Shown: one piece after another, positions 25,195 through 39,944 of the stretch
Numbering within the stretch: the stretch's first letter is position 1
How the letters are laid out: the number at the start of each line of letters is the position of its first letter
NCBI RefSeq assembly: GCF_001194135.2
Contig: NC_068994.1
Span: forward strand, 59,961,857 to 60,025,856
Direction: 5' to 3'
Source: Octopus bimaculoides
Lineage: Eukaryota
Length of the DNA stretch: 64,000 nt
Program-made: the position numbers and the translations under genes
Notes under the pieces: generated by a model
Databases searched by the model: none
The model's input: only the letters and a program-made list of their open reading frames with translations
What the model was told of the DNA's origin: nothing

Positions 25195-26327
25195 TACGTG
25201 TATACATATAGAAATATGGGTGTGTGTGTCTGTAAGGCATATATCACCTCCTCCTATATTAACTTTTTTCTTTGATGACAACTGGTGTGGAAGGTGAACA
25301 TATATTCTGTGGTTCAAGATGGAATAGTATTGGTTGGTATTCCACCGCCAGAGGCATACAGCCAAGATGATACCATTTGACACGAGATACAGTTGCAAAA
25401 TGCATAACACTGCTTGTATGATAAAGACAGTGTCATGCTGGACAAAGTAGCATTGAAGGAGAGAAAGCATCAGCTGAACACTGTGTGACGTTACCAGTTG
25501 GGCGAAATAGTGCAAGAGCAACGACAAGAAGAAAAGAAAAACAAGATGAGCATAAAATAATGGTTTGCTGGCAGAGCAATACAGCACTGGTGCCAGCATC
25601 AATGAGGCGAGATGGGTCTAAAGCATGCAAATAATACCATGCAAACTAATTGTATAAAGAATTGCGACATTAGTTGATAATGAGACACAAAATACATGCA
25701 ACAGTGTCTCACACACAATACAGAAACATACTACACACGTGATGCAGATATATAGAAATAGGCTGAGACTGGCACAAAATGTTATCAAGTTGAAAGCTTT
25801 TCTGGACATAGTCTTTTTGTTTTTCTTTCCCTCCTTTTTACAAAGACACATCTACAGTTGGATACACATGCAAGTGTATGGGCGTAGCTTTGAATTTCAA
25901 TGACTGTAACATTAAATATAAGCAACCAAATGTCTGGTCCCTCAGTGTGTGTGTGTGTGTGTGTGTGTGCAAGCGTGCGTGTGTTTAGTGATCCAAACGT
26001 GACGGTCCACAAGTGCAGGAGATGCTGGGTGCTTGCAGGACAAACAAACAATTCAAGAAATCTGAAGAAACCCGTTTTAACATGGACAATCAGCAGTTGA
26101 ACTTTTTCCATGTAAACTTTAATTAAAAGATTTTTAGTTTAATTAGATCTATCTAATACTACTCAATTATAATTGATGATGTGATGACACAGCCATCACT
26201 GTCAATCATCTAATGTTCCATTTCTTTCAACAAACCCACATTTTCTCCTTAGCCATTATCCTCTTTCTGTTAGGGCTGCAGTTTTCATGTATACATTCCT
26301 CCCGCTGATACTTGATGAAGAGTCAAC

Positions 26328-26330
<3 letters not shown>

Positions 26331-26399
<69 letters not shown>

Positions 26400-26669
26400 N
26401 NNNNNNNNNNNNNNNNNNNNNNNNNNNNNNNNNNNNNNNNNNNNNNNNNNNNNNNNNNNNNNNNNNNNNNNNNNNNNNNNNNNNNNNNNNNNNNNNNNNN
26501 NNNNNNNNNNNNNNNNNNNNNNNNNNNNNNNNNNNNNNNNNNNNNNNNNNNNNNNNNNNNNNNNNNNNNNNNNNNNNNNNNNNNNNNNNNNNNNNNNNNN
26601 NNNNNNNNNNNNNNNNNNNNNNNNNNNNNNNNNNNNNNNNNNNNNNNNNNNNNNNNNNNNNNNNNNNNN

Positions 26670-26707
<38 letters not shown>
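26331..26707. repeat. (AC)n and (AT)n microsatellites flanking a 270-N assembly gap
   Basis: Direct reading; gap at 26400-26669. Confidence 0.95.
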
Positions 26708-26709
<2 letters not shown>

Positions 26710-26929
26710 CGTGCATGTGTTTCCATTCTGTACATCTTGGCATTGATAGTTTGAGCAAGATGGTAATGACTTGTTTATTTGGTAGGTCTGTGGAATAAAA
26801 TTCATTTCTTAAAAAAAAACAGGGAAGGGTAAATGGAGACCAATGCACCCTAAAATACATTTCATTCAATCTAGCATAGAAAAGTAGGCATAAAAGAGAA
26901 GGATTTAGCGCTAAGGTTTAACAACAATA

Positions 26930-27070
26930 ATGATAATCCTTTCTACTATAGGCAGAAGGCTTGAAATTTTGGGGAATGGGGCCAGTTGATTAAATCAACC
27001 CCAGTATGCAACTGGTACTTATTTTATCAACCCCGAAAGGATGACAGGCAAAGTCAACTTTGGCAGAATA
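26930..27070 (+). mobile_element. SINE-like family B copy
   Basis: Same core as 60440-60850. Confidence 0.75.
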
Positions 27071-30000
27071 ATAATAATAATAATATTCTTAGAAGAGAGT
27101 TTCTTTAAAAGTCAAAATTCTCGAATGTATTAGAGATGCTGGATATAGAAGTCAAATTACGAAGGTCAGTTTTTACTTTGGGAGGTTTCAGGTTTCATTT
27201 TGAACAAAGTGCTAGCTATCTTTTCTGGTTTTGATACCAGAATAATGGTGAAGTCCAAAGTTTAAAGGGATAAGCAAGAGGTAGGTGACATATCAAGAAC
27301 AATTTTGATTGTAGAAGATGCCTGCAACAGTTGGGCTTCTTGTCTTTGGACCCCAAAAAAAAAAGCATAACAGCTTCACTAAAGAAAACCACACACAGCC
27401 CCATCTCAGATGTATTTGGGGGACACTCACCCCACTAAATGTTTGGCTGAAGACAAGTTATGAAATAAAGGCAAGTGATTGACTCAGTTCCTTAAAAAAA
27501 GACAAAACAATATAATAAGAAAATGGCACCAGCAACGATTACAGGTTGTTATATAAAACCAAATATTTCTATTTAACCATAGTTTTTACAGAAAGTTTGA
27601 ATGTAGTAATTAGCAGAACCCTGTTATCAATATCAAATAAATAAAACCTTATTTAAGGCTGATTGCTATAATGGAAAAAAATAAATAAATAAACTACAGA
27701 TGATGCCATGACTAGTTTAAAAAATATATTTCTGATGAAAATATAGTGCAAAGGCAAATAGAAAATGTGCCAACACAAACACAGACAGTGACTAAAGCAA
27801 AATTAGGTTATGGACATATGGAACAGTAGTAGTAGTAGTAGCAATAAAAGTTGGCAGTAGAGAGGATATTGAAATCATTTCCATGAAATTTACACACCTG
27901 TAATATTGAGAAATACATTTCCATTGTTGACTATTTTCCACATTTAGGAAGTTTATATATAATTTCTTATATGCCAACAGAGCATGAAAATGTTTGGTGT
28001 ACAGAAGTATATGCAAGTGTCCTAAACGTGTGTGAGTGTGTATTTTAGCCATTTCAATCAGGTTGGCCTATTTCTAAGAATGTGAGCATTTAGCAGTTGT
28101 GAAATGAAGGCTTGAAAGCTTCGAATAAGATCTGCTGGAAGCCGTTCAATGCCAGAAATGTCAGGATTAGAGTTGAATGAATACTGCAACGAGTCCGATG
28201 AGCATGTTGCACTACCCTTCTTTCAGCTCTTTCATGGCCTGGCTTTATTATTTCTTTGTAAGAATAGATTTTAAACTAATAATAATTCCAGTGTACAAAC
28301 ATTGAAAAAGAAAAGAAAAAAAGATATTAATATGTTAAGAGTAAATTGGTCCAAGAAAGAAGTGAACCGATAAGGAAATTAAAATGAGTTACTTTGAGAG
28401 GAAAAGAGAATGGTAAGAGCCTGGCGGGTAAAATGGAATCGGGAAGAAGTTAGAGGTCAAGCGTGCAGCAACACCAAAAGCTGGTCAGTTCATTAACGGT
28501 GATCTTGTAAGAGTGACCTATGATAGCAAGCCAAAAAGGCTTGAATATGAACAGCCAATATAAAATAATGGAACAATAATAAACAACTGAATAAAATTTG
28601 CAAATATATAAACACAGAATGCAGTGAGACATTGCAAAGTAATAAATTCTGCACTAAAAAGGAGGGTGGCTTTGGTTTTTCTTCTGTTGTTTAAAAGACA
28701 AATAATGGAATCTGGTTAAATGAAGATTGTTAATGAGAGAAGGACAAGAAAAGACATTCACATTCCAGTGTGGATCACAGTTAATACTAAAAACTTTATT
28801 TCAGACATTTTACTTTACATAGAGAAAGAATAATACCATGGACAGTTGGGGGATGGAGGGGGGAAAGAGAAGGTGGACTTTTTTCTTTCTTTCTTTCTTT
28901 TTCACTTTTATGGGGCAAAATAAACCTTGATTGGGGCAGAGAGAATGTGGGAAATTGCAGTTGCAGACTAAAACTCCACAGGAAAGGGAAAAACAGACAT
29001 AAACAAATAGCTGCTGTTTTTAAACAAAACCAAAAGATGAAACCTTTTTTTTTTTTTAATATAAATTCTCTTTTCTGCACCTTTAGTGGGAGGGTTGGGC
29101 TGTTGGTTTTAAATCCCTTTTCTTTTTTTTTTCTTAGAAAGTAAACAAATTTGTTTTGGAAAAACACACATATTTGACTACGTATTACGATTAAAATACA
29201 AATAATAATAATAATAATGATAATTAGCAACTAAGTAAATTGGAGAACCTTTTTTTGTTAATATTAAAACAATTAAAAGCAAAAGCACTAAAAGAAATTG
29301 TTTTCTTTGCTAATTCTGTTCAACATATTTTGGTGGCTGGCAAAGAATTGATGAAATAATTTAATAAAAATTTCACTACTGTTTGTTTGTTAACTGTCTT
29401 TTTTTTTTTTTCTTTATTTATTATTTTTTTTTTTTGTATTTTTGCTTCACATCTTGAATTTCAGCGCAAAATATTGGGAGAATACGAGACAAATTGAAAT
29501 CAGCAGAACCCTACATATATAAGGAACCAGGTCCATGGGGCAAGAACCATGTACAGAGCCAAATCCATATACAGGAATCAAGTCTATATATGGAGTTACA
29601 AACTTTTATATATAAGAATCAAAATTATATTAAAAGACTCATGCAATTCTTTTGTTTTCAAATAAGGAGGAATGTGAAATGTACCTTTGACAAATGAATC
29701 TTCATGGCACTCCAGGTGCAGACTGGCTACCTGTGTCTAGACTACATCAGGTAAATTACAAGTAGTCTGTGCAGTAACATGCNNNNNNNNNNATATATAT
29801 ATATATATATATATATATACACTAAACCTTAAGTTCAAAATTGCCAACCTTTTCCTAGAGTGTATATATGTATGTATGTATATATACATGTGTACACGTA
29901 CACACACACACACACACAGAGTCAACAGATGTGATCGAGAGCTTTTCAATACAGAAAACACTCAAATGATTTGAACTCTGAAATCTTTACCAAGGGTATG

Positions 30001-32335
30001 TTCATGGGGTAAAGAGTAGCTGCAAGAGGAGTCCAGGTGAGCAGATATGGAGTCCAATAATACAACTACTTCAGTTAGATATCCAAAATCCAAAATATAC
30101 ACATGATGTAAATAGAGAGAAAACTTTCAGACAATGAGTATTCAAGTATAAATATAGAGATATTTATATATTAACAGAACAAACTTAGAGTACAAAGACA
30201 CAGAAAATTAAAGAGAAGTTCGACAGCTGTTTTGGGGAGCTCAGACTTACTTAATTATCTAGGTCACAAAAATATATGCAACTGGTAAGGGAAGCAAATT
30301 ACTGATTGCATATTCTGGTGAACTACATCTGCCAACATTATGAAGCAAATCTGAGCCCCCAGAAACAGCTGTCGGACTTGTAACACCATATCTTCTCCCT
30401 TTTAATTTTCTGTGTCTTTGTACTGTGCACATTTGCCCTGTTAATATATTTATACTTGAATATTCATTAGCTGAAGTTTCAGTCTTTCCTTTATACGTGT
30501 ATATATATCTTTTTGTATATCAAACCCAAGCAGCTGTGGTTGTCTATTTGTACCATTGTCTCTATACAAACGTACACACACACACACACACATATACATA
30601 CGTACACACACACACACAATACACTCCTACATAGAAAGTTGTTAAGCAAGCAGATCACTATGGTTTTGCATATCTTTAGCTGCAGGGAAGCAGAGGGAAA
30701 GGAAAATGCAATGAGGAGAGGATTTGAGGCACTGAATGATTGGGAAAGGCAGAAGTGTGTGTGTGTGTGTGTGTGTGCGTTGGGGGGGGGGGAAGGCTGA
30801 GTCTAACACGTTTTTTTTTTAAATGGCAAAGACAGGCTTTACATATATATATATATATATATAGGTATGTGTGTATGTATATGCATGTACACACACACAT
30901 GTATGTACTCACACAGATGTGTGTGTGTGTGTGTATCTGGTAGTGTTAATATTGGGCAATATACACAATAATGCTAAATTTCCATGTAGAAAATAGCAAT
31001 ATAAGAATATTTTTTCTGGGAAGGCAGAATGAGCAGAAGAAAACTATTGAAAGGAGTTGGGTGATGGGGGGGGNNNNNNNNNNACAGATTTTGGGAAATC
31101 CTATGTAACACCGAAAAAGCAAACATTAATAAAAAATAAAAAGGTAGAGGGAGAAGCATTTGAAGACAGTTTTAAAAGAGTTTTAAGTTCCTTTTGTTTT
31201 AGGTTTTTTTTTTCTTTCTTGTATATTTTTTTTTAAAGAAAAGATGAAAATAAAATGAATACGTTCAGTTTTTTTTTTTATTGTTTTCATTTTTAAAGCA
31301 GTTTTTATAGTGATTTTCCTAATGTTTCTTCATCTGTGTTGGGATGTTTGTGTGTTGTGGAACAGTTCTTCAGTGTTGCATGAGAAGCCAAGTTAGGAAA
31401 GTTAAAAGAGGAATGTCGTCAAGTTCAAGAGTTCATTAAAAATAAGGAATCATTTGGAAAAATAATAATAATAATTATAATTATAATTAGTAAGCCAGAT
31501 AAGAAAGCAATCTGCCCTGTGGCCCCCTAGGGCTCCTTTGTAATATAGAAGTAGGAGGTAGGAGAACAAACAAGAGGTAGTAGTAGTAGTAGTAGAAGCA
31601 GACCATTCATACTGCAGTATGTGGGTATTCCTTAGGGAAATCTGTCTTTCCTGAAAAGAAGATCACATATTTCAAAGCCTGCGCTGATCCAATACAAATA
31701 TTCAACACAGACAAATTAACCCTTTATTCACCGACAGTCAGCCAGACAACCGACTTCGTTAAGTACATTCATTTTGCTTTTGTTCTAATTTAGTTTTATA
31801 ATTTCTCTAATATGGAGGTAAAAACCAGCCCAAAATAGAAGGGAAATGGTTCAATTTCAAACCAGAAGCTCTGTATTACAATTGTACAACTTTTCAGCTG
31901 ACTTCAAGAAAGCTGAAAGTGCAATCAACAGAGAATAATATTGCTTCAAAGACATTTGCCCTGTTTAACCGACATAGTAAAGGGTCTAAAGAGAACAGGG
32001 GGGAGGAGGGGGAAGCTGGGAAGATAGTAAATAAAGGGTTAATACAATTACGATAAAGATGACAACATCTAGTGAGACATTCACGTGAGGAAGATAGAGG
32101 TAAGGTAAAAACAAACAAACGAAAACACACATAAGTGGGTGACAAATACCAAATAACAAAGAAGACTGTTGAAGAAGTTGGAGATTGATTGATGGCAGTG
32201 GAACATATATTGTATAGGGAGGATTGTAGTGGAGAGGAAATACACAACAAGAATGCTAAGAAGATAAGTTGAGAAGGAGGAATCTTGTGAACAGGACACA
32301 AGAGGCAACAATGAAGGAATATTAAACACCAGTTC

Positions 32336-32371
<36 letters not shown>

Positions 32372-35300
32372 GAAAAGAGGAGTCAATAAGCAAAAAGTAA
32401 ACCAATCTAAGGTGCTGAAATATATGAGAGATGAAATCCCTAATTAATCTAATTAGTCTTTAAGGTAAAATACATGGACATAAACAGAGTCAAAGCCTTA
32501 AATATTTCAGAAATGCTTTTACAACTCAAGACACAAACAAATGAAGAGGCTTAGGTTTATTATTGCTGTATACAAATTCAGTAGAAACAGAGACACAACT
32601 ATAATGTGTGTGTCCCCATTAATTATAAAGTCCAGCAGCTGGAATAATGGGATTGGTAAAGGCTTAATGAAATGTCCTAAAAGAGCATCGTCATCATGCT
32701 GACCGACAGAAATGTCACTCTGTGTCCCTTTTATAGTTACTGAACATGCTAACAACTGAAGATAAACATGGCTAAAGATTTTATCTGACAAACGGGTCCC
32801 CATTTAAATTCTACACCACTTCCAGTTAAGCAATCTTTCAGTGCTGGCATCTCTCCAAACACATGGTGGGGGGGGGACATTTTTTATTGAGGGAGAGGTG
32901 AGAACACAGAGGTAGGGGTTACCATCAATGCCAAAGTAGAATCCACTCACTGGCAAACAATTGTGACCAGGTTTGTGGTTGTCTTCAGACAGACACCAAT
33001 TTGGCAGTTATCACAAGTCTTGATAAAAAAGGTCAGCAAAGGTCACAGATGCTGTTCTCCTTTTGTTTTTTTTTCACAACAGATATCATAGCTGCTATTT
33101 CAGTGTTTGATAATTAACAACAATATCAAAGGAACCCACTTGTTTGAATTTACAATCCCTCATTATTTATTCATTGCAAACCCTCAGCCTTTCTCTACTG
33201 CTACTGCTACTACAGACAACTGTAGTCTAATCTATCTCAAGCAACAGCATTCGACAGTCTTGGGAGAAGAGCTGATTCAAAAGGTTGAAGGCCAGCAGCT
33301 AAACAAACAGAAAAAAAGGGTGAAAAATAAGAGCCGGGGGGGGGAGGGGTAAAGTAGTAAAAAAATGGAGTGCTACCCCCCCCCCCCCCCCCGCTCCAAA
33401 CAAATGGAGTGCTCAGCCATGCTCTGTGGGGCTCATTTCACAAACAGGACACTATTATCCTGATTTTGCAGAGGAAATTGGTAGCATGGGGTCTAAGAAC
33501 ATCTGACATCCCAATGGCAACTGGTCAGCCCCCTGTATTAATTGATTTTTCCTCTCCTCTACGTTAAGGGTGGCAACAGCCAGGTTTGCAGTTAATGCAA
33601 GGTTGGAGCCAAAGAATGTATTGGTTTGGAACCTAGCAGCTGTGAAATACTTCTGGCTTCTCAGGAAAATTAGGTTTGGCAACAGGAAACAGGTGAATAT
33701 GGTGAACTCAAAGCAACGAATGCTGATTGGCTGCTAACTTCAAGAAAATATCACAATCTGACAAATTTTAAAGATCTTTTGGGAGAAAGGGATGTATTAA
33801 GGAGGAGGTTATAAGGCAAGCCTGGGGCTCGGATGCCCCACCCCCATCAGCCACTGTTGTACAAATCTTTCTTCCCCATGCTTTGAGAAAAACACACACA
33901 CACACACAGACTATTTTAAACAGACACAATTTTGCACAAGGATTTATTGTAATTCATATTTTCTGATACTATCCAATCCAACATGTGTCTTTGCTTTACA
34001 TATTTGGTGGACGAGAGGAGTCCCCTATGTTAAATTTTTATAGAAATTTCTTCAAAAACACAATGGAATTATATTAGATGTTTGGTACACTACCAGCCAG
34101 GTTTCTACTCATTCATAACAATGTACTGAACATATTCTAATACACAATTTTTTTGTTTTAAATTTGTTTAAAATATGTAGTGTTATACCTAATTTATATA
34201 TTCTATAATTATAAGAAAAATTATGACATTCTGCCCACCTGATGGTTACTGGCCCCTAGTAAACTCAGAATGGCCCTCCCCCACCTCCAGGACGTGCTAC
34301 TCCTACTCCTTAACAACCACTGCTACTAAACTAAATTCAACCACTGCTCACACTACACCAGTCCTACTTCTGGCCAAAATACCAGGAAAAGAAGTTTCAA
34401 GAAAAACCAAGAAAATCTGTTTCATAGGGTTTATTTGATAAATAACAAAATATTTCACAAGGTTCAGTAATACACTTCTAAACCTGCCTACACCATTATC
34501 TGGAAATACAACTACCTCTGGGGTTTTCTAAAGAAGTTCCAAAAACTAAGCCAGCACTTGTCAATTGGAAGAAGAAAATTATTCAGATGAATGGTGGGGT
34601 TCTTTTTTTGTCTTTTTTAAGTCACTGGCATCTAAGAATGAGTTAACATATGAAGAGATTGAATCAGAAAGAATTTATACAGCAACAATATTGTGAAAAG
34701 TCTACAAGACTATATAAGAGGAATAAGACTCCCAAGTATATTACAGGTATTTAATATTTAATTAAGGTAACCAGTCTCTCTTGTACTTTTACAAACCCCC
34801 CCCCCCCCATTAATTACTGAATTGCAGATACACAAAATTACGCATACTTTCATGGTTGCTCAATCAGATATTGTTGGAACTTCCAAAATGTAAACCGAGT
34901 TACAAAAAGTTCCAAATATTATGACCAAATTCACCCATGATTATGCACACATATACAGGCATATGTTGGAGGAAGTACATACTACAGTCAAGGACATGCA
35001 CATTGAAAGACAGATGCAATGGTAGAAGAATATGGCCACGAGGTTGTGGGGCAGTAATAAAAGAAATATAGAATGTGGATAAATAGTAACCACTGCAAGA
35101 AACCTTTTCGTCTTTTTCAGTTTCTGTCTACATGGATATTTCCCAGATTATGACAGGAAAGTTCTCTAAAAGAAGCAGTTGGCATAAAGAGACAACATCT
35201 AAAGGAGAAAGAGAGGGGGGGGGCGAGGGTTTATAGCAGAAGACTAACTGAAAGCTTATTTCATTTTTGAGCATGTGTGTATGTCTATTAAAAGCATGGC

Positions 35301-35418
35301 TGCATATATATGCATAATGCATATAATTATATATAGGAGTTTATTTCTAAATGAATCTATAATTATGAAATTATTCATCTGCATAAGTCTGAACAAAACA
35401 ACTATGATGTGTGTAAGC

Positions 35419-35454
<36 letters not shown>

Positions 35455-38400
35455 ATTCATTTACAGATATGCAATACTATATCAACACTAAGGTTTACAA
35501 CACTAAGCTTTCCACAACTTCAATATTCAAATCACAATATCTACAGAATTATAGTTTTTTTATATTTCTACTCGCCTTGGTTTGAGGTTGACAGCCGCTT
35601 CTTATGATCTGAAAAGCACAATTGAGCATCTATTTTATAGGAAAACAGAGCAAAGAATACCATCTATTTTATAGGGGTTTCACGAAACTGTACAATGAGA
35701 AAACAAAAGACAAGAGAAAGTGTCAGTTGGGAAATTAAGCTAATATCAGAGAGAGAGTCACTGAAATTAAATTTGTATCTCATTTCTGAGACTTATAAAC
35801 CAGTCAGATTTGATCAAAAAAGATATTGATTTCAGATTAGAGCTTAATCAAGTTGTAATTTCCAAGGATAGCACCTAAAGATGGCTTTTCAGTCATTTTA
35901 TGGACAACTGATTCAGAAACAAATTATCAACACAACATGCTTTTTTTCTTTGTGACTAACATTTAGTCTCTCTCTCAAATTATTTTGTCTTTGACAAGAA
36001 GAAATTTTCTTCAAATTCTGAACCCTATTAATTCAGCAATGTTATTTAAAACTGACTGAAATATAAATGCAAAACACTGTTTAGTAGACAAGTACACTAT
36101 ACAGAAAGAAAATAGAATGAAGCAGTGGGAATCCATATGAATAGAAAGAATTAATAATTATGGACTTGAAATAAACTGTTTCAAACAAGAGAAGCAGCTG
36201 ACCAAGTAATTAAGCTATCAACCTTTGCAAGGATTTACAATTATATTCCATCACAAGGTGTTAAGGTGTGGTTCCTAAGTAAAGAGAGTAAGCTTCTGCT
36301 GTGAGTATTGAGGGGAAGAGGAGAAAGAATCCAAAGTATTCATTCATCTGTGAAATGCCAACCACAAGTATAACTTAGTAAGTTGTCTTACTAAGTTCAA
36401 GATAGCTCTAATGTTGCCAAGTGGGATAAGCTCAAGTTCTGCTGAACATTCTGGTAAATTACAAAGACTAAAAAGAGCCACTCCATTAATATTCATTTTA
36501 ACATCTTTTCAAAAATTTCACAGAACATAAGAGAGACATTTGAAGTGTAATAATTTACTGATGAGAGAAACGTTTCTGACATACATCAAACACAATTGAG
36601 CATCATTTTATCCCAACTTACAGAAATCCTGCATCAAGTAGCTTAATGATTACTCCTTCATCACTGCTGACTAGTTGATATTTATTGCCAAATGCAATGT
36701 TACAAGTTATTGCACAATCAATTCACTAAAGTCTGTAGACACTTAAAATCTAAATACTTCTATTTGCAACTAAAGAAGACTTGTTTACTAACAAAAGAAA
36801 TTAAGGACCTCTCTTAGTTGAGTTTAGGAGACAGCAGACATTTATTCATGCATAACAACATCTGCAGTCACTTTGTCTTTACAACAATCCTAGAAAACAA
36901 AATCAGTTACTCTTTAGGATTTGTCAACAACTTTATTCCACTGTCTTAGAGTTTTCATGGAGACAGCTTTTGTGTTTGATATTTCCTTGGAATGGGCCTT
37001 CCCATTAATCACCCATTTTGTACCATTTTGCAGCATTATTCTAGCAGATGGTGCACACAATAGCTTCTACACTAGAATGTTATAAGTGCCATTTACTATC
37101 ACAACATGGAAAGTTCAAGATAACCTTTTCTCTTATTTCTTCTCTCTCTCTCCCCTTATCTCTTCTCCCAACCACTCCATCCCTCCTCCTTTTCTTCTCT
37201 TCCCAACCACTCTACCCCTCCCTTTCTTGTGTGTGTGAGAGAGATATTCAAAGCAATATTAACAGATTTTGATTCAGCTTGAGTTTAAAGCGAATTAATT
37301 TAAAATGAAGACAAAAACAACCCATTTCCATTAAGATATAAAATTGGAAATATTTCGTTCCTTCATCAAATTTAGTGGTTTTAGTTGCAAATGATTATTG
37401 CTTTAGTTCGGGAAACGAAGAGTGAACTCCAAAAACTGAACCTAATACATTGAGACAAGAGCACAAGACAAAACCGGCTGATAATTCATTGCTGCTGCTG
37501 ATGATGATGATGACGTTGCTACATGTTGCAAGATAGCAACAAGGGGAGGCAAATTGCAAGCTTTAACATGCAGTGTGAGTGCAGACAGACTGCACTCTCC
37601 TCATTGTCCAAGTCTATTTGAGAATGGCTACAGTGGAAAAACCAAGGTGAACTTAGGCAGCACTTTGAAGTTGGTGGTGACATTCTAACACAGTATTTGA
37701 AGTAAGGCTATGAATACTGAAGGTATGGGAGACAATGTTGCTATAGTGTTCAGGGGTATTGGAGATGTGTCTGAGTGTTTGGAAGTGATTTTACAAGCCT
37801 TTCGTTAAAAAGTTTTGTCATTAGTAACCAAACGAACAACTTCTTTATCATTTGTGGATGACATATTTGGCTGCTGTAAATAAATATTTGACAAAACTTG
37901 ATAAAATTGAATAACTCATTGGTAATAAATTAAAGGTTAGATTTCCTGATCCTACCACAATATGCCACTCTTCTCTGATAAATCTTACTGAGAAATCACA
38001 AACTATAGATTTATTTAGAAGAGATTCAATAAGAAAATATCAAAATAATGATGGGAATATCAGACATTTACCAGTTCAAGAAACAACAACATCAGATATG
38101 ACAATGCATTATTAGTGCTTGACCAGTAAACTAGCAACTTACAAAAATATTCAAAACAAAAAATTGACTTCTAAGCGAAACTGCTGAATTAGTTAAGATA
38201 GAGAGAGATAAGCCTGCCTTAATAGGGTTAGGCTTCCACAAAAGAAAGATTAAATGGTCCATAAAAACAGTTCAATTTTAAATAAATCTCTAAAGTTTTA
38301 ACACCAAAGTATTCCAACTGAAATTTGAAACTCAACTCACAACTTGCCTCATACCACTGCTTTTCAATTGCTTCTCTCTCTCTCTCATCATTTTGTTTAA

Positions 38401-39343
38401 GTGAAGGAAATTAGAAAAACACATTGCTACCTAACAGACTGGCAATTAGTAATAACTGGCCGGTTTCATTTACTGCTTATTACATAGAGGGAGCTAATCT
38501 GCATTAAATAAATCATACAAAAAATTAAAGTTGTGTATATTTGTGTCTAAACAACCATTAAGTTAAAAATAAAGTGGCTCCATGTGTTTTTTTTTTCTTT
38601 AACTCAATCACCGATCTCCCTGATAGGTGATATATCTTTGATTAAAAACTTTTGATTAAAAACTTGTCTAAACAAGTACATAAAATATGAAAAACTATAG
38701 ACAAACATCACACAACACATTATACACACAAGCAAGCACAAGAATTATACAATAAAAAGCCTGAAAATGTATATAAACTTTGGCAAAGGCATCTGTTCCT
38801 CTACAGGAACAATGACTAGAAAGACAATGCGTGTGAAAAGGTTGAAAGTTAGTAGAAGCTGAATCCTTAGAAAGAAAGAAAAAGAACGGCCAACGCAACA
38901 CAGGCAAGTGCTAAGGTTTATTGAAGAAACTGAAAACGAAAACCGCAATTCCTTGGTGGGGGTTATTGTACCGAAGTTTAGATTGTGCTGGCAAACGATA
39001 GAGACAAAGTCCCAACATCCTAAATAAACTGGGAGAGAAAAGGAATGTAGACAAGACTACATTTTAGGAAATGGCAAGTTTGAAATGGGAAATTAACCTG
39101 AATTTCAAAACCAGATGAATTAATTTAGCTTTAAGTCAAGAAATGTTCCCGTCTTTTGATGATTTAAAACAGTTCCTTAAAATAGTTATCAAACTTAATG
39201 ATTAGTTCTAAATAATATTCGAATTATTAACAAATGTGGTCAGACAATTGTAGCCCTTCAGTTTTACTCAAAATTGACTGTGTAAGTATTTAAAAGTAAC
39301 AGAGCAAAATATAGGGAGAAAATTAAGGCCCTTCAAGGGTAGT

Positions 39344-39944
39344 GGGGGGGGGGGGCAATCAAACTGCATCAATTTGATGACATAATATTTTAAAGAATTA
39401 TAGTTTTAGAATAAGAAAAAAAGTTGACATTGCTGAAGTGTCAACTTCAAACCTTATTTCTGTGAACCCTAAAAGACTATTTTAATAAACATTACACAAA
39501 AACAATACAAAACAACAACAACAACAAACCAATAATTAAAGAATATTGTAAAGAGCATGGAAATCATTTTAGTAAAAGATTAAGAAAATTTCTGTTTTGC
39601 TATTTGAAATTTACACTGAAGACGCAGGTGTTGCTTGAGGGGGGGGGGGGCAATCAAACTGCATCAATTTGATGACATAATATTTTAAAGAATTATAGTT
39701 TTAGAATAAGAAAAAAAGTTGACATTGCTGAAGTGTCAACTTCAAACCTTATTTCTGTGAACCCTAAAAGACTATTTTAATAAACATTACACAAAAACAA
39801 TACAAAACAACAACAACAACAAACCAATAATTAAAGAATATTGTAAAGAGCATGGAAATCATTTTAGTAAAAGATTAAGAAAATTTCTGTTTTGCTATTT
39901 GAAATTTACACTGAAGACGCAGGTGTTGCTTGAGGGGGGGGGGG
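39344..39944. repeat. Apparently perfect 295-bp tandem duplication bounded by poly-G runs
   Basis: Copies start at 39356 and 39651, with G12, G12 and G11 runs at the junctions. Confidence 0.95.

Noticed and set aside
26256-26869. ORFs of 140-194 aa
   Set aside because: Artefacts of reading through an N-gap and flanking dinucleotide repeats.
38779-38816. Possible exon VIVPVEEQMPLP
   Set aside because: Phase 1 in, phase 2 out, with a weak donor (gtttat); it would need a compensating exon, and there is no independent support.
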